DNA of 64,000 bases, taken from contig JAJAYZ010000038.1 in the NCBI GenBank assembly GCA_027118455.1, positions 4,422 to 68,421 on the forward strand. The letters run 5' to 3'. Below are positions 28,032 through 39,012 of this stretch, in pieces (within the stretch, counting starts at the first letter, position 1; each line of letters opens with the position of its first letter). The notes below the pieces were generated by a model. The model was not told where the DNA came from and did not search any database. It saw only the letters and a list, made by a program, of their open reading frames with translations. This DNA is from Actinomycetes bacterium. GTDB lineage: Bacteria; Actinomycetota; Actinomycetes; JAHEKZ01. Position numbers and translations under genes: made by a program.

Positions 28032-29084
28032 ATGAAGATTTCCGGGGGGTTCCTACGCGATTCTCCATTCGCGACGACTCGCATAGCGCTGGTTGGTCTT
28101 TGCCTCACCTTGGCGCTCTCGGCATCGGTGTTGGCCGCTTGCAGCTCCGGCGCGGAGGTTGCCACCCCCGTGACCCCCTCTCCGACTCCGGCGGCGTCGC
28201 CGAAGCCTGAGCCGCCGACCACGCTGCTGTCCGGACGCCGTGGCAAGGACGGGCAGGTGCTGGCCGTCAAGTTCGACAACACCGTCAACAGCCATCCGCA
28301 CGCCGGACTGATCGCGGCCGATGTCGTCTACCTCGAAGAGGTCGAGTACGGGTTGACCCGGTTCATGGGGATCTTCTCGTCAAAGTACCCAAAGGTGGTT
28401 GGACCGGTTCGTAGCGCCAGAGAGAGCGACTTGGAGATCCTCGAGCAGTATGGAAAGGTCGCGTTCGCCTTCAGCGGGGTCAATCCGAAGATCCTCCCCG
28501 CGATCGCCGGTGCTCCGCTCTATCCGCTCAGCAACGATGCCGGTGCGTCCGGGTACAGCCGCAACCCCGACCGGACAGCACCGTGGGACCTTTTCGCCAA
28601 CCCGGACGAGCTGTTGAAGGGGGCCAGCAAGGCGGTCGACGCCAAGGACGTCGGGTTCACCTTCGATGACGCCACCCCCGATGGTGGCAAGAAGGTCAAG
28701 GAGTTCACTGCATTCTGGCCCAGTGCGCAGGCAAGGTTCGTGTGGTCGCAGAAGGAGGGGCGCTGGCTGCTCTGGATGGACGGCGACGCGGCCATGACCA
28801 CCGAAGGGCCACAGTTAGGCGGAACGACGGTCATCATCCAGCGGGTCGATGTGTACGCGTCTGACCTCGTCGACACGAACGGCGCGGCCACCCCCACCAC
28901 AGACACCGTCGGCAAGGGCGATGCCTGGATGTTACGCGACGGCCAGGTGTGGCCGATCAACTGGTCGCGCCCGAGCGCCAAAGATGGCACCACCTGGACC
29001 TACAAGGGCGAGAAGATCCCCCTCGATCCGGGCCAGGTATGGATCCTCCTGCTCGACCAGGATCGCAAGCCACAGATCCGCTGA
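28032..29084 (+). CDS. Lipoprotein of unknown function
   Basis: Lipobox ..SASVLAAC|SSG after a signal peptide. 350 aa mature domain. Confidence 0.6.
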   Translation: MKISGGFLRDSPFATTRIALVGLCLTLALSASVLAACSSGAEVATPVTPSPTPAASPKPEPPTTLLSGRRGKDGQVLAVKFDNTVNSHPHAGLIAADVVYLEEVEYGLTRFMGIFSSKYPKVVGPVRSARESDLEILEQYGKVAFAFSGVNPKILPAIAGAPLYPLSNDAGASGYSRNPDRTAPWDLFANPDELLKGASKAVDAKDVGFTFDDATPDGGKKVKEFTAFWPSAQARFVWSQKEGRWLLWMDGDAAMTTEGPQLGGTTVIIQRVDVYASDLVDTNGAATPTTDTVGKGDAWMLRDGQVWPINWSRPSAKDGTTWTYKGEKIPLDPGQVWILLLDQDRKPQIR

Positions 29085-29198
29085 GCGGCAGATCCGCTGA
29101 GGCGGGGAGGCGCCTCGCCCCGTACGATGGAGGCACTGCAGGTCCCCAGGGGGAACCCTGGCCCGGCTTCCTTCTATACCGCCCGAGTGAGGTCTCCC

Positions 29199-30116
29199 GT
29201 GTCCGCGAATGTGTCCTCGAACGCCGACAGCACGCCCCAGATCGGTACGTCCCGCGTCAAGCGCGGAATGGCCGAGATGCTCAAGGGCGGGGTGATCATG
29301 GACGTCGTCAACTCCGAACAGGCCAAGATTGCCGAAGACGCCGGTGCAGTCGCAGTGATGGCGCTTGAGCGTGTTCCGGCCGACATCCGCAAGGACGGCG
29401 GCGTCGCGCGCATGTCTGACCCCGACATAATCGACGGCATCATCGAGGCGGTCTCGATCCCGGTGATGGCCAAGGCCAGGATCGGCCACTTCGTCGAGGC
29501 GCAGGTGCTGCAGTCGCTCGGCGTCGACTACGTCCACGAGTCTGAGGTGCTGACTCCGGCCGATGAGAAGCTACACATCGACAAATGGCAGTTCACCGTG
29601 CCGTTCGTCTGCGGGTCGACCAACCTCGGTGAGGCACTGCGCAGGATCGGCGAAGGCGCGGCGATGATCCGCTCCAAGGGTGAGGCCGGCACCGGAAACG
29701 TCGTCGAGGCGACTCGGCACATGCGCCAGATGCTCGGCGACATCCGACGCATCCAGGGTCTTGGCGATGAAGAACTCTTCAACACGGCCAAAGAGCTAGG
29801 CGCCCCCTACGAGCTGGTTCGCGAGGTACACGACACCGGCAAGCTCCCCGTCGTGATATTCACCGCCGGAGGCCTGGCGACCCCGGCTGACGCGGCCATG
29901 ATGATGCAGCTTGGAGCCGAGGGCGTCTTCGTCGGTTCTGGCATCTTCAAGTCAGGAGACCCGGCCAAGCGGGCGAACGCCATCGTGCAGGCGACCTTGC
30001 ACTACGACAACCCTGACGTGATCGCAAAAGTGTCGCGTGGGCTCGGTGAGGCGATGGTCGGGATCAACATCGACACACTGCCGGAGTCCGAGCGCTACGC
30101 CGGACGGGGCCGGTGA
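29199..30116 (+). CDS. pdxS: Pyridoxal 5'-phosphate synthase lyase subunit PdxS
   Basis: [46 protein letters not shown] is diagnostic. GTG at 29199 is preceded by a GAGG RBS. The ORF track starts at 29127, which would add a non-conserved N-terminus. Confidence 0.95.
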   Translation: MSANVSSNADSTPQIGTSRVKRGMAEMLKGGVIMDVVNSEQAKIAEDAGAVAVMALERVPADIRKDGGVARMSDPDIIDGIIEAVSIPVMAKARIGHFVEAQVLQSLGVDYVHESEVLTPADEKLHIDKWQFTVPFVCGSTNLGEALRRIGEGAAMIRSKGEAGTGNVVEATRHMRQMLGDIRRIQGLGDEELFNTAKELGAPYELVREVHDTGKLPVVIFTAGGLATPADAAMMMQLGAEGVFVGSGIFKSGDPAKRANAIVQATLHYDNPDVIAKVSRGLGEAMVGINIDTLPESERYAGRGR

Positions 30117-30736
30117 CGGCAGCGGCTGCCGCTGACGCGCCACTGATCGGAGTTCTCGCCCTTCAGGGTGATGTTCGTGAGCACGAGCACGTCTTGCAGT
30201 CGTGCGGCGTTCGGACGTCGCGGGTGCGCACCCCAGATCAGCTGGCGGCCGTGGACGCCCTGGTGATCCCTGGGGGCGAGTCGACCACGATGAGCAAGCT
30301 CGCCGTCGACTTCGGGCTGATCGATCCACTTCGTGACGCACAGGAGTCGGGCATGCCCATGTATGGCTCGTGTGCCGGGATGATCATGTTGGCCGACCGG
30401 CTCGAGGGCGGTCGGCCTGACCAGCAGACCATCGGCGGCATCGACATGCTGGTCCGTCGGAACGCCTTCGGGCGGCAGGTCGACTCGTTCGAGGCGGACC
30501 TGGCCATGCCGGCGCTCGACGGCCCCCCGGTTCACGCCGTCTTCATCCGCGCGCCCTGGGTGGAATCGGTGGGCGACGGCGTCGAGGTGCTCGGCCACGT
30601 CGAGTCAGGTCCGGCCGCCGGTAGGATCGTTGCGGTTCGGCATGGCCGAGTTCTGGCCACGTCGTTCCACCCCGAGCTCACCGGCGATCATCGGATTCAC
30701 GAGTACTTCGTGGCGATGGTGCGCGATGCCGGCTGA
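30113..30736 (+). CDS. pdxT: Pyridoxal 5'-phosphate synthase glutaminase subunit PdxT
   Basis: [13 protein letters not shown] .. CAGMIML with a class I glutamine amidotransferase triad. The start overlaps the pdxS stop. Confidence 0.95.
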   Translation: MTAAAAADAPLIGVLALQGDVREHEHVLQSCGVRTSRVRTPDQLAAVDALVIPGGESTTMSKLAVDFGLIDPLRDAQESGMPMYGSCAGMIMLADRLEGGRPDQQTIGGIDMLVRRNAFGRQVDSFEADLAMPALDGPPVHAVFIRAPWVESVGDGVEVLGHVESGPAAGRIVAVRHGRVLATSFHPELTGDHRIHEYFVAMVRDAG

Positions 30737-30784
30737 ATCACTCGCGACCGTGAACCGTTCGAGCAGCACTTCGAGGAGTCGGTA

Positions 30785-31534
30785 ATGTCGGGCCACTCCA
30801 AATGGGCCACCACCAAGCACAAGAAGGCCATCGTCGACGCCAGACGCGGCAAGCTCTTCGCTAAGCTGATCAAGAACATTGAGGTCGCCGCGCGCACCGG
30901 TGGCGGCGACCTCGCTGGCAACCCGACGCTCTACGACGCCATTCAGAAGGCTAAGAAGACCTCGGTCCCCAACGACAATATTGATCGTGCCGTCAAGCGT
31001 GGTTCTGGAGTCGAGGCTGGGGGAGCGGACTGGCAGACGATCATGTACGAGGGCTACGGCCCCAGTGGCGTAGCAGTCCTCGTCGAGTGCCTCACCGACA
31101 ACCGCAACCGCGCGGCGTCGGAGGTGCGCGTCGCGATGACGCGTAACGGTGGTTCCATGGCTGACCCAGGGTCGGTCTCGTACCTCTTCACCCGTAAAGG
31201 GATCGTGCTCGTTCCGCGCGAAGGGTTCTCCGAAGACGACGTGCTTACCGCTGTACTGGATGCCGGAGCCGAGGAGGTCAACGACCTCGGTGAGACCTTC
31301 GAGGTGGTCAGCGAACCGACTGACCTCGTCGCCGTGCGCACCGCCCTTCAGGAAGCCGGCATCGACTACGAGTCGGCCGAGGCCTCGTTCGTGCCGAGCG
31401 TGGTTGTGCCCTTGGACGAAGTCGGCGCCGGCAAGGTCTTCCAGATGATCGAGGCGCTCGAGGACTCAGACGACGTGCAGAACGTCTGGGCGAACTTTGA
31501 CGTCTCCGACGAGGTCATGGAGAAGGTCGTCTAG
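30785..31534 (+). CDS. YebC/PmpR family DNA-binding transcriptional regulator
   Basis: [37 protein letters not shown] is the canonical N-terminus. Confidence 0.95.
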   Translation: MSGHSKWATTKHKKAIVDARRGKLFAKLIKNIEVAARTGGGDLAGNPTLYDAIQKAKKTSVPNDNIDRAVKRGSGVEAGGADWQTIMYEGYGPSGVAVLVECLTDNRNRAASEVRVAMTRNGGSMADPGSVSYLFTRKGIVLVPREGFSEDDVLTAVLDAGAEEVNDLGETFEVVSEPTDLVAVRTALQEAGIDYESAEASFVPSVVVPLDEVGAGKVFQMIEALEDSDDVQNVWANFDVSDEVMEKVV

Positions 31535-32142
31535 CCGGTGCGCAGGTCGAGCACCAGCAACGTCTTGTCGTAGCGGCGCTCACCGAGGGCGACGAAATCC
31601 GCGAGCCTTCCGTACTCGACGAACCCTCGCGAACGCCACAGCGCGAGTGCTGCGTTGTTGTCGCTGCGCGAATCGAGCGTCAGCTGTTCGACCCAAGAGC
31701 CGCGAGCCTCGTGAATGAGGCAGTCGAGAAGGTGACGACCGACTCCGCGACCCTGATGGTCAGCGGCAACGGCGACATAGCCGATGTCGGCGTGCGGCCT
31801 GTGTGTCGGCCGTTGGTAGCGACGCCAGCAGCCGAATCCGATCAGCCGCTGACCGTCCCTGCCGACCACGGTCGACGCGTCGCCGACCGCCGTTTCGGCG
31901 GTCAGTTCGCGAAGCAGCCTCTCGATCTCGCTGCGTGCGGGGGGTTCGACCCAACCCAGGGCGGCACCTGATGCCACGAGGCCACCGAGGAGCGACGTCA
32001 CCTCACTGACGAGGGCAGGTTCGGGCGTCATGGTGCCGAGCGTCGAGATCGTGACGGACGCAGACATGGAACGATCGTGGCACAGGGCGATCGTGGCACA
32101 GAGCGCTCCTGGCACAGGGCACTCGAACGCTGGTGTCTCCAA
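31531..32142 (-). CDS. GNAT family N-acetyltransferase
   Basis: Acetyl-CoA-binding motif [15 protein letters not shown]. Confidence 0.7.
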   Translation of the reverse strand: METPAFECPVPGALCATIALCHDRSMSASVTISTLGTMTPEPALVSEVTSLLGGLVASGAALGWVEPPARSEIERLLRELTAETAVGDASTVVGRDGQRLIGFGCWRRYQRPTHRPHADIGYVAVAADHQGRGVGRHLLDCLIHEARGSWVEQLTLDSRSDNNAALALWRSRGFVEYGRLADFVALGERRYDKTLLVLDLRTG

Positions 32143-32185
32143 AACAGGGCGTCTCCAGAGTTAGGTGTCGTGGACGCAGGGCGTC

Positions 32186-33637
32186 TTACGGGCCGGGCGC
32201 AGCACGCGCTCCGGGTAACCGTGCAGCCAGCAAGGGCGAGACGAACTGCTGGCCAGCTGGCCCCTGGAAGTGCAGCGCACCGTTCGCACCCTCGTTAGAA
32301 GAGTCGGGCCTGATCTGCCATCCGCCTTCGTGCACGGCGCGGTGATGGTGCCGGCAGAGCAGCAGACCGTTGACCAGGTCGGACTGGCCGCCCCTGGCCC
32401 ACGGCACCAAGTGGTGAGCGTCGGTGTGTACCGAAGGTCGGTTGCAGCCAGGGAAGCGGCATCCGCCGTCTCTTGTTGCCAGAGCCCGCCGCTGGGCGGG
32501 GGTGAAGACGCGCACCTCGCGTCCGAGGTCGAGCGGGATGCCGTTGGGGTCGACAAGGAGCCTGCGTACTGAGGCATCGCAGGCGAGTCTGCTGGCGGCG
32601 TCGGACGTGAGCCACACGGCGGAGCCGGTTGTCCCTGGGATGCGCGCTGGGTGGGACCGCTCGCCGGTCAGGGTTGCTAGTTCGACCTCGACCTGCATCG
32701 CGGTCGTGGCTCCAAACAGCGCCGGCAGCTCGCCAGATCGAACTGCCGCGGCCACAACCTCGGCGAGGCCGTCGGCTCGTCGTTGGTCTGAGGTGCGGGT
32801 GTCATCGGGGCCGTTCGGGACGAGGAAGGGTGCGAGCGCAGCCGAGAGGCCGGCTGCCGTCTCCGCGTCGAGGACTCCGTCGATCGAGTGCATGCCGTCG
32901 AGCATCGGCGCGAGGCTGAGCCACCGACGTCCGAAGTCCTCCTCGGCGTGGCGAGCGGAGCCGTCAGGGTCGACGACGTGGCGCAAGTGTCGCCCCGCAC
33001 TACGCAAGTCGTCGATTCCGAGCTGACTGCCGAGTCCGGCTAGGACCTCGACACCAGCGGGCCGGGCTGAAGGCGGCAGAGCGCGAGCGGTGCGGTGGAT
33101 CGTGCGGAGGTGTTCGTAGGAGAGGTGACCGTTGGTTTCTGATGCACCGCCTGCTGAGTGCGAACCGTGGGGTTCGGCCACGAGTGCCGCGACCGGTGCG
33201 GCGAGCAGGTCGCCGGTGGTGCGGGCGATTCGCACTCGCTCGGAGGCCTCACCCGAAGCCATGCCCAGTGCGCCGCGGAGCCACGACTGTGTCGAGGCTG
33301 CCGCGTGCAGCACCTCACCGTCGCCGTTGGCGTCGAAGTTTGCGAGCACACTGGTGAAGGCCGCTTCGGCGGCGTCGATCACCAGTCTCAGACCCGTAAG
33401 CCACGCGGCCCGCTCCTCCGCCGTGGCTGGCCCTCCAGCCGATACCCCCGCCGCGCAGCGGGCGAGCGTACGGGTGTCGGCAAGGACATCCGCTACGGCA
33501 TCGGGTAAGACAGGGGTGGGAAGCACTGGGGGAGACCTCCGCGGTGGACGACGATGGGTGATGTCGGCAATCTCGTCAGTGGTGCGGTCTCCGTGAGCCA
33601 GCCCGTGTTCGCTTCTCATTGCCAACTTCGAACACAT
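32186..33637 (-). CDS. DUF222 + HNH endonuclease (actinobacterial 13E12-repeat-family type)
   Basis: C-terminal HNH: CRFPGCNRPSVHTDAHHLVPWARGGQSDLVNGLLLCRHHHRAVHEGGW. A long helical N-terminal domain precedes it. Confidence 0.85.
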   Translation of the reverse strand: MCSKLAMRSEHGLAHGDRTTDEIADITHRRPPRRSPPVLPTPVLPDAVADVLADTRTLARCAAGVSAGGPATAEERAAWLTGLRLVIDAAEAAFTSVLANFDANGDGEVLHAAASTQSWLRGALGMASGEASERVRIARTTGDLLAAPVAALVAEPHGSHSAGGASETNGHLSYEHLRTIHRTARALPPSARPAGVEVLAGLGSQLGIDDLRSAGRHLRHVVDPDGSARHAEEDFGRRWLSLAPMLDGMHSIDGVLDAETAAGLSAALAPFLVPNGPDDTRTSDQRRADGLAEVVAAAVRSGELPALFGATTAMQVEVELATLTGERSHPARIPGTTGSAVWLTSDAASRLACDASVRRLLVDPNGIPLDLGREVRVFTPAQRRALATRDGGCRFPGCNRPSVHTDAHHLVPWARGGQSDLVNGLLLCRHHHRAVHEGGWQIRPDSSNEGANGALHFQGPAGQQFVSPLLAARLPGARAAPGP

Positions 33638-33773
33638 TCACAACACTAGACGAGGGGTCTGACAGTGATGATGATCCGGACGTAACCCACACCGGATCCC
33701 AACGGGGTGCTGCTGATTGACCAGCGGGGCAGGACGGACGCGGGGCAGGACGGACAGGAGCTACGTCTTCGGA

Positions 33774-34172
33774 CTACACCGTGCGACGGGCTCGGAGATC
33801 GTGCACGGTTGCCCAGATGATCAGTACCGCGAGTGCCACCCCGAGAACGCCCGAAACGATCAGGACACCGCGAGGCGATGTCACCGGGCTTGCCCCGAAT
33901 GCCTCACCGAGCGATGCGACCATCGTGAACAACGCGACGACGAATGCCAGAACGTCACCAACGACGCCGACTCGGCCTGTGCGGGTGGCGAGCACCCCTG
34001 CCACGACCATGGCGACGATGAACGGAAGTGGCGCAGACAAGGCGGTTCCATTCTGGAACCACTCAGCGGCGCCCTCCGGCGACGAACCGTCCGTACCAAA
34101 CTGAGCGGGCCAATCGGCGGCCGAAGCGATCAGCGTCATGGCGATCTGCCAGATCGCAATCCCCCACACCAC
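33774..34172 (-). CDS. Hypothetical small membrane protein (4 predicted TM)
   Basis: 132-aa ORF with hydrophobic segments. No recognisable motif. Confidence 0.35.
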   Translation of the reverse strand: MVWGIAIWQIAMTLIASAADWPAQFGTDGSSPEGAAEWFQNGTALSAPLPFIVAMVVAGVLATRTGRVGVVGDVLAFVVALFTMVASLGEAFGASPVTSPRGVLIVSGVLGVALAVLIIWATVHDLRARRTV

Positions 34173-34550
34173 CCACGGAACCCGAAATTCCCTGATTGCC
34201 GTCTCCTATCGCAGCGTGTGGCAATTGCGCGGGGAGCCTTCCATGGCGGAGTCCTTGTCGTCAACAAGGACGCCCTGAGCCGGTGGGAACGCGATCAAGG
34301 TCCTCAGGCGGGCCTGTGACGGAGCCATCAAACTTCTAACTCGATGGTTAGCCAACGTGCATTGATGGGTCTCCCGAAGGGTCCGAGGTTGCTGCCCCCA
34401 CCCGCTCAATTGCTCGTGATCCCTCCTGCCTGCCGTCAACCGCCCAACGTGGCCCCACGCGTGTCGTCGTCACCGGTACCAGAACCACAGGTAGCGTTCG
34501 GTCGAACAGGTGTTCGGGAGCCGCATGGCCAATCCGCAGGAGGTAAGTCA

Positions 34551-35108
34551 GTGCGAGTGCTCGGCGTCGACCCAGGTCTCACCCGCTGCGGACTCGGGGT
34601 GGTCGACGGTGCCCCTGGGCGCCGGTTGACGTTGGTCGAGGTATCTGTGGCCAGGTCGGCTCCCGATGCGCCGCTCGAGCAGCGGCTGCTCGCCATCGAA
34701 ACTGCCGTCAACGCAGTACTGGACGCCACTGAGCCGGACGCCGTCGCCGTCGAGCGCGTCTTCAGCCAGCACAACCTGCGCACGGTGATGGGTGTCGCAC
34801 AGGTCAGCGGTGTCGTTCTTGCCGCCGCTGCGCGACGAGGGCTTCCAGTTGCGCTTCACACACCCAGCGAGGTCAAGGCCGCGGTGACCGGTCACGGCAG
34901 AGCCGACAAAGCCCAGGTCGGCTCGATGGTGGCTCGGCTGCTCGGGCTCACCGAAGCACCCAAACCAGCTGACGCCGCCGACGCACTCGCGCTGGCGATC
35001 TGCCACGTCTGGCGGGGCTCGGCGCAGTCTCGGCTGCTCGACGCAGTCGCGGCGTCTGGCCAGGGTGCTACCCGTGGGGCCGTCGCAGCACCTGGACGTC
35101 TCCGATGA
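34551..35108 (+). CDS. ruvC: Crossover junction endodeoxyribonuclease RuvC
   Basis: [20 protein letters not shown] start. GTG at 34551 is preceded by AGGAGG. The ORF track opens at 34344. Confidence 0.9.
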   Translation: MRVLGVDPGLTRCGLGVVDGAPGRRLTLVEVSVARSAPDAPLEQRLLAIETAVNAVLDATEPDAVAVERVFSQHNLRTVMGVAQVSGVVLAAAARRGLPVALHTPSEVKAAVTGHGRADKAQVGSMVARLLGLTEAPKPADAADALALAICHVWRGSAQSRLLDAVAASGQGATRGAVAAPGRLR

Positions 35109-35740
35109 TCGCCTCGGTTCGAGGGTCGGTGATCGACGTAGCTGCCGACGTCGCTGTGATCGAGGTTGGTGGCCTTGGTCTGGCGATCCATTGCACACCG
35201 GCGACGACAGCCGGTCTTCGACGCGGCGAAGAGGCGACCATCCACACCTCGCTGGTCGTCCGGGAGGACTCCCTCACGCTTTACGGCTTCACCGACGCCG
35301 ACGAACGTGCGGTATTTGAAGTGCTGCAGACCGTCAGCGGCGTCGGACCGCGCCTGGCCCAAGGCATGCTCGCTGCGCTGCGGCCGGACGCGCTGCGCCA
35401 GATCGTTGCCTCCGAGGACGTCGTGGCGCTGACCCAGGTTCCTGGGATCGGGAAGAAGGGTGCCCAACGACTCGTCCTTGAGCTCAAAGACAAGCTCGGC
35501 TCCCCGGCGGTCGGCATGGCTGGCGGTGGCGTGACTGCGAGCGCAGCGGGTAGAGCGGCGGGGGGCTGGCAGCCGCAGGTCCAAGCAGCCCTCGTCGGGC
35601 TCGGTTGGAGCGCGCGGGACGCGGACACGGCTGTGAGTTCGGTGGCTGATGAGTTTGGTGCCGCTGCGGCCGATACCGATGTCGCGGTCCTGCTGAGGTC
35701 TGCCCTGCAGTCGATGGGTGGCGCGGTGGCTGGTCGATGA
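35105..35740 (+). CDS. ruvA: Holliday junction branch migration complex subunit RuvA
   Basis: [29 protein letters not shown] .. [21 protein letters not shown] (HhH). Confidence 0.93.
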   Translation: MIASVRGSVIDVAADVAVIEVGGLGLAIHCTPATTAGLRRGEEATIHTSLVVREDSLTLYGFTDADERAVFEVLQTVSGVGPRLAQGMLAALRPDALRQIVASEDVVALTQVPGIGKKGAQRLVLELKDKLGSPAVGMAGGGVTASAAGRAAGGWQPQVQAALVGLGWSARDADTAVSSVADEFGAAAADTDVAVLLRSALQSMGGAVAGR

Positions 35741-36840
35741 GCGCTGATGACAGCGGTGCGTCAGCGCGCGGGGCAGAGACTGGCGACCTCGTCGACCCCA
35801 CCGTTCAGATCGATGAAGGGGCCATCGATGCGGCCCTGCGCCCCAAGCATCTGGCCGAGTTTGTCGGTCAGACCCGGGTGCGCGAACAGCTCGGTCTCGT
35901 CCTTTCCGCTGCCTACGCGCGCGGGTCCGCGCCCGACCACGTCCTGCTCTCTGGACCACCAGGGCTCGGCAAGACGACCTTGGCCATGATCATCGCCGCC
36001 GAGATCAACCAGCCGCTGCGCATCTCCAGCGGCCCTGCCATCCAACATGCCGGCGACCTCGCGGCCGTGCTCTCCTCGCTGACCGAAGGAGAGGTGCTCT
36101 TCCTCGACGAGATCCACCGGATGGCCAGACCAGCTGAAGAGATGCTCTACCTGGCCATGGAGGACTTCCGCGTCGACGTCATCGTTGGCAAAGGGCCTGG
36201 AGCGACGGCCATCCCGCTCGACCTGCCGCCCTTCACCTTGGTCGGAGCCACCACCAGAGCTGGCTTGCTGCCCGGACCGCTGCGCGATCGCTTCGGTTTC
36301 ACCGCCCACCTGGACTTCTACGAGCCAGCTGAGTTGACGTCGATTCTGGTTCGCTCGGCTGAGCTTCTCGAGGTGCCGCTCGAACCAGACGGTGCTGTGG
36401 AGATCGCCGGTCGTTCGCGCGGCACGCCGCGGGTGGCTAACCGGCTGCTTCGACGCGTCCGGGACTTCGCTGAAGTCCGTGGCAACGGAATCGTGGACCT
36501 GGCAACAGCTAAGGCTGCACTGACCATCTACGACGTCGACGGACTCGGCCTCGACCGGCTCGACCGCTCGGTACTGGAGGCCCTGGTGCTGAAGTTCGGC
36601 GGTGGCCCGGTTGGCCTCAGTACCTTGGCGGTCGCGGTCGCGGAAGAGCGTGAGACTGTCGAAGAGGTCGCCGAGCCCTATCTCGTGCGCGCCGGACTCC
36701 TTGCCAGAACCGCGCGTGGCCGCATCGCCACTCCGGCGGCATGGCAGCATCTGGGGATGGCGCAGCCCACCGGAGGTGCCGCGCACGCATCGCTCTTCGA
36801 CCCCACCGAAGAGACCGACCCGACTGACGGAACCGACTGA
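35737..36840 (+). CDS. ruvB: Holliday junction branch migration DNA helicase RuvB
   Basis: Walker [15 protein letters not shown] and Walker [10 protein letters not shown]. Confidence 0.95.
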   Translation: MSADDSGASARGAETGDLVDPTVQIDEGAIDAALRPKHLAEFVGQTRVREQLGLVLSAAYARGSAPDHVLLSGPPGLGKTTLAMIIAAEINQPLRISSGPAIQHAGDLAAVLSSLTEGEVLFLDEIHRMARPAEEMLYLAMEDFRVDVIVGKGPGATAIPLDLPPFTLVGATTRAGLLPGPLRDRFGFTAHLDFYEPAELTSILVRSAELLEVPLEPDGAVEIAGRSRGTPRVANRLLRRVRDFAEVRGNGIVDLATAKAALTIYDVDGLGLDRLDRSVLEALVLKFGGGPVGLSTLAVAVAEERETVEEVAEPYLVRAGLLARTARGRIATPAAWQHLGMAQPTGGAAHASLFDPTEETDPTDGTD

Positions 36841-36856
36841 GCGAGGCGAACCAACC

Positions 36857-37138
36857 ATGAGCGACTTGATTCTTGTTGCTGTTGTCGCCTTGCCGTTGGT
36901 TGGGTTTTGGCTGTTGATCCGTGGGCAGCAACGGCGGGCTCAGCAAGTGGCGATTTTGGCCGCCGGCCTGCGGGTCGGGCAGGACGTGGTGACCACCAGT
37001 GGGCTCTACGGCACGATCGCTGCCCTCGGCGATGCCGAGGCGACGCTGCTCGTGGCACCAGGTGTCGAACTGCGCTTTGACCGTCGGGCGATCGGCCGTG
37101 TTCTGGGTGGGGAGGGCGACACGCCGGGCTCGGGGTGA
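36857..37138 (+). CDS. yajC: Preprotein translocase subunit YajC
   Basis: 93 aa. TM LILVAVVALPLVGFWLL, then ..LRVGQDVVTTSGLYGTIAAL. Confidence 0.85.
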   Translation: MSDLILVAVVALPLVGFWLLIRGQQRRAQQVAILAAGLRVGQDVVTTSGLYGTIAALGDAEATLLVAPGVELRFDRRAIGRVLGGEGDTPGSG

Positions 37139-37262
37139 CCCTGTGGCCTGAAGACGACCAGGCGTCGGGGATACTTCCCCATGCTGGGGCCGCGTGACTC
37201 GTCGCCCTGTTCGGGGGCCGGTAGTGGCCCATCGCACCGAGATCTCAAGCCGGAGGAATGAC

Positions 37263-39011
37263 GTGGCAACTCCCACCAGTGGGCGGCCAGGACGCGCCCT
37301 GTTGGTGCTGCTGGTCATCGCGATCGCCATGGGCGGTTGGATGGCGTGGAAGGGTGTCAACACGCCCAAACTCGGTCTCGACCTCCAGGGCGGCACGACG
37401 GTCACGTTGGTTCCCTCGCCAGCCGAGGGTGAAAAAGGGACGATCACCGATGAGTCGATCGACGAGGCCGTCAACATCATCTCCGCGCGTGTCAACGGGG
37501 CTGGCGTTGCCGAAGCCGAGGTGGCCAAGCAGGGCAGTGGACAGAATGCCGTGATCGTGGTCTCGGTTCCCGGAGTCACCGAAGACGCGCTCGTCGAGCA
37601 GCTCGGTCAGACCGCCCGGCTCGGATTCCGCCCGGTCTTGGCAGCGCAGCCGGCAGTAGCTCCGACGCCGGTTCCCTCGCCTAGCAGCACCGACAAGCCG
37701 GGATCGAAGAAGGACAACAAGAACTCCGGTCAGCAAGGCGGCGGCAATGGTGGGCTCCTTCCACGCATCGGGCCGGACGTCTCGTCAGCCAATGCGGTCA
37801 CCGGGAAGAACGACAAGGGCGGCGGCAACCAGAGCCAGTCGCCAACACCCACGACTGCGCCGTCCGTCGCTCCGGCCCCGGCTCCCGCGCCGACACCAAC
37901 GGCCGCCGCCGTGCCACCAGAGCTGCAGCAGCAGTTCAACACGCTCGACTGCACCGATCAGGCGCAGCAGAACGTGGGGACCGACTTCCCGGACAAGGAG
38001 CCGGCGATTGCCTGTGACCGCAACGGCAACGAGAAGTTCCTGCTCGGGCCGGTCGCCGTCCCCGGGTCTGACGTAGACACAGCACAAGCGAACCTTCAGC
38101 AGAACACCGCAGGCTGGGTCGTGAGCCTCGACTTCAATAGCGACGGAACCAAGACGTTCGGCCAGATCACCGCCGAAATGGCTCTCCAGCCGCCGGACAC
38201 ACCTGGCAACAGGTTCGCCATCGTGCTCGACGGCGTCGTCGTCTCAGCCCCTGGAGTCAATGAGGCGATCCCGGGTGGTCAAGCGCAGATTTCGGGCCAG
38301 TTCACGCAGCAAGAGTCTCAAGACCTCGCCAACGTCCTGAAGTTCGGTGCGCTGCCGCTCACCTTCGAGATCGCCGAGCGCAGCACGATCTCGCCCACTC
38401 TTGGTGATGACCAACTGCAGGCTGGGTTGATCGCGGGGGCGTTGGGTTTGGCGCTCGTTGTCCTCTACCTACTTGTGTACTACCGAGCGCTCGCTCTCGT
38501 TGCAGTCTCCAGCCTGATCATCGCAGGAGCGTTCACCTACGCTTCGGTCGTCATCCTCGGCGAGACCTTGGGCTTCACGCTGACGTTGGCCGGCGTCGCC
38601 GGTTTGATTGTCGCGATCGGTATCACCGCAGACTCCTTCATCGTCTACTTCGAACGAATACGGGACGAAGTGCGCGAGGGTCGCTCGCTGCGGAGTGCGC
38701 TCGAGTCCGGCTGGGTGCGCGCCCGCAGAACCATCGTGGCCGCCGACTTCATCTCGCTGATCGCGGCCGTTGTGCTGTGGGTGCTCTCGGTCGGCGGGGT
38801 GCGCGGCTTCGCTTTCACCCTTGGTCTGACCACGGTGATCGACCTCATCGTGGTGTTCTTGTTCACCAAGCCGTTGGTCACTCTGTTGGCCCGCACGAAG
38901 TTCTTCAACAGCGGCAGCAAGTGGTCGGGTCTGTCTCCTGAGCGACTCGGGGCCAAACCCAAACCGGAGAATCCCAAGCGCCCCAGCCGCCAAACTGTCA
39001 AGGAGGCCTGA
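37263..39011 (+). CDS. secD: Protein translocase subunit SecD
   Basis: A large periplasmic domain with an Ala/Pro-rich linker is followed by a C-terminal 6-TM SecD_SecF domain (LTLAGVAGLIVAIGITADSFIVYFERIRDE). GTG at 37263 follows GGAGG; the ORF opens at 37194. Confidence 0.9.
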   Translation: MATPTSGRPGRALLVLLVIAIAMGGWMAWKGVNTPKLGLDLQGGTTVTLVPSPAEGEKGTITDESIDEAVNIISARVNGAGVAEAEVAKQGSGQNAVIVVSVPGVTEDALVEQLGQTARLGFRPVLAAQPAVAPTPVPSPSSTDKPGSKKDNKNSGQQGGGNGGLLPRIGPDVSSANAVTGKNDKGGGNQSQSPTPTTAPSVAPAPAPAPTPTAAAVPPELQQQFNTLDCTDQAQQNVGTDFPDKEPAIACDRNGNEKFLLGPVAVPGSDVDTAQANLQQNTAGWVVSLDFNSDGTKTFGQITAEMALQPPDTPGNRFAIVLDGVVVSAPGVNEAIPGGQAQISGQFTQQESQDLANVLKFGALPLTFEIAERSTISPTLGDDQLQAGLIAGALGLALVVLYLLVYYRALALVAVSSLIIAGAFTYASVVILGETLGFTLTLAGVAGLIVAIGITADSFIVYFERIRDEVREGRSLRSALESGWVRARRTIVAADFISLIAAVVLWVLSVGGVRGFAFTLGLTTVIDLIVVFLFTKPLVTLLARTKFFNSGSKWSGLSPERLGAKPKPENPKRPSRQTVKEA

Positions 39012-39012
39012 C

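Noticed and set aside
29072-29123. Direct repeat CAGATCCGCTGAG x2 plus a GC-rich imperfect hairpin after the lipoprotein gene
   Set aside because: It is short and could be a simple factor-independent terminator for the lipoprotein gene. It is not distinctive enough to call as a feature.
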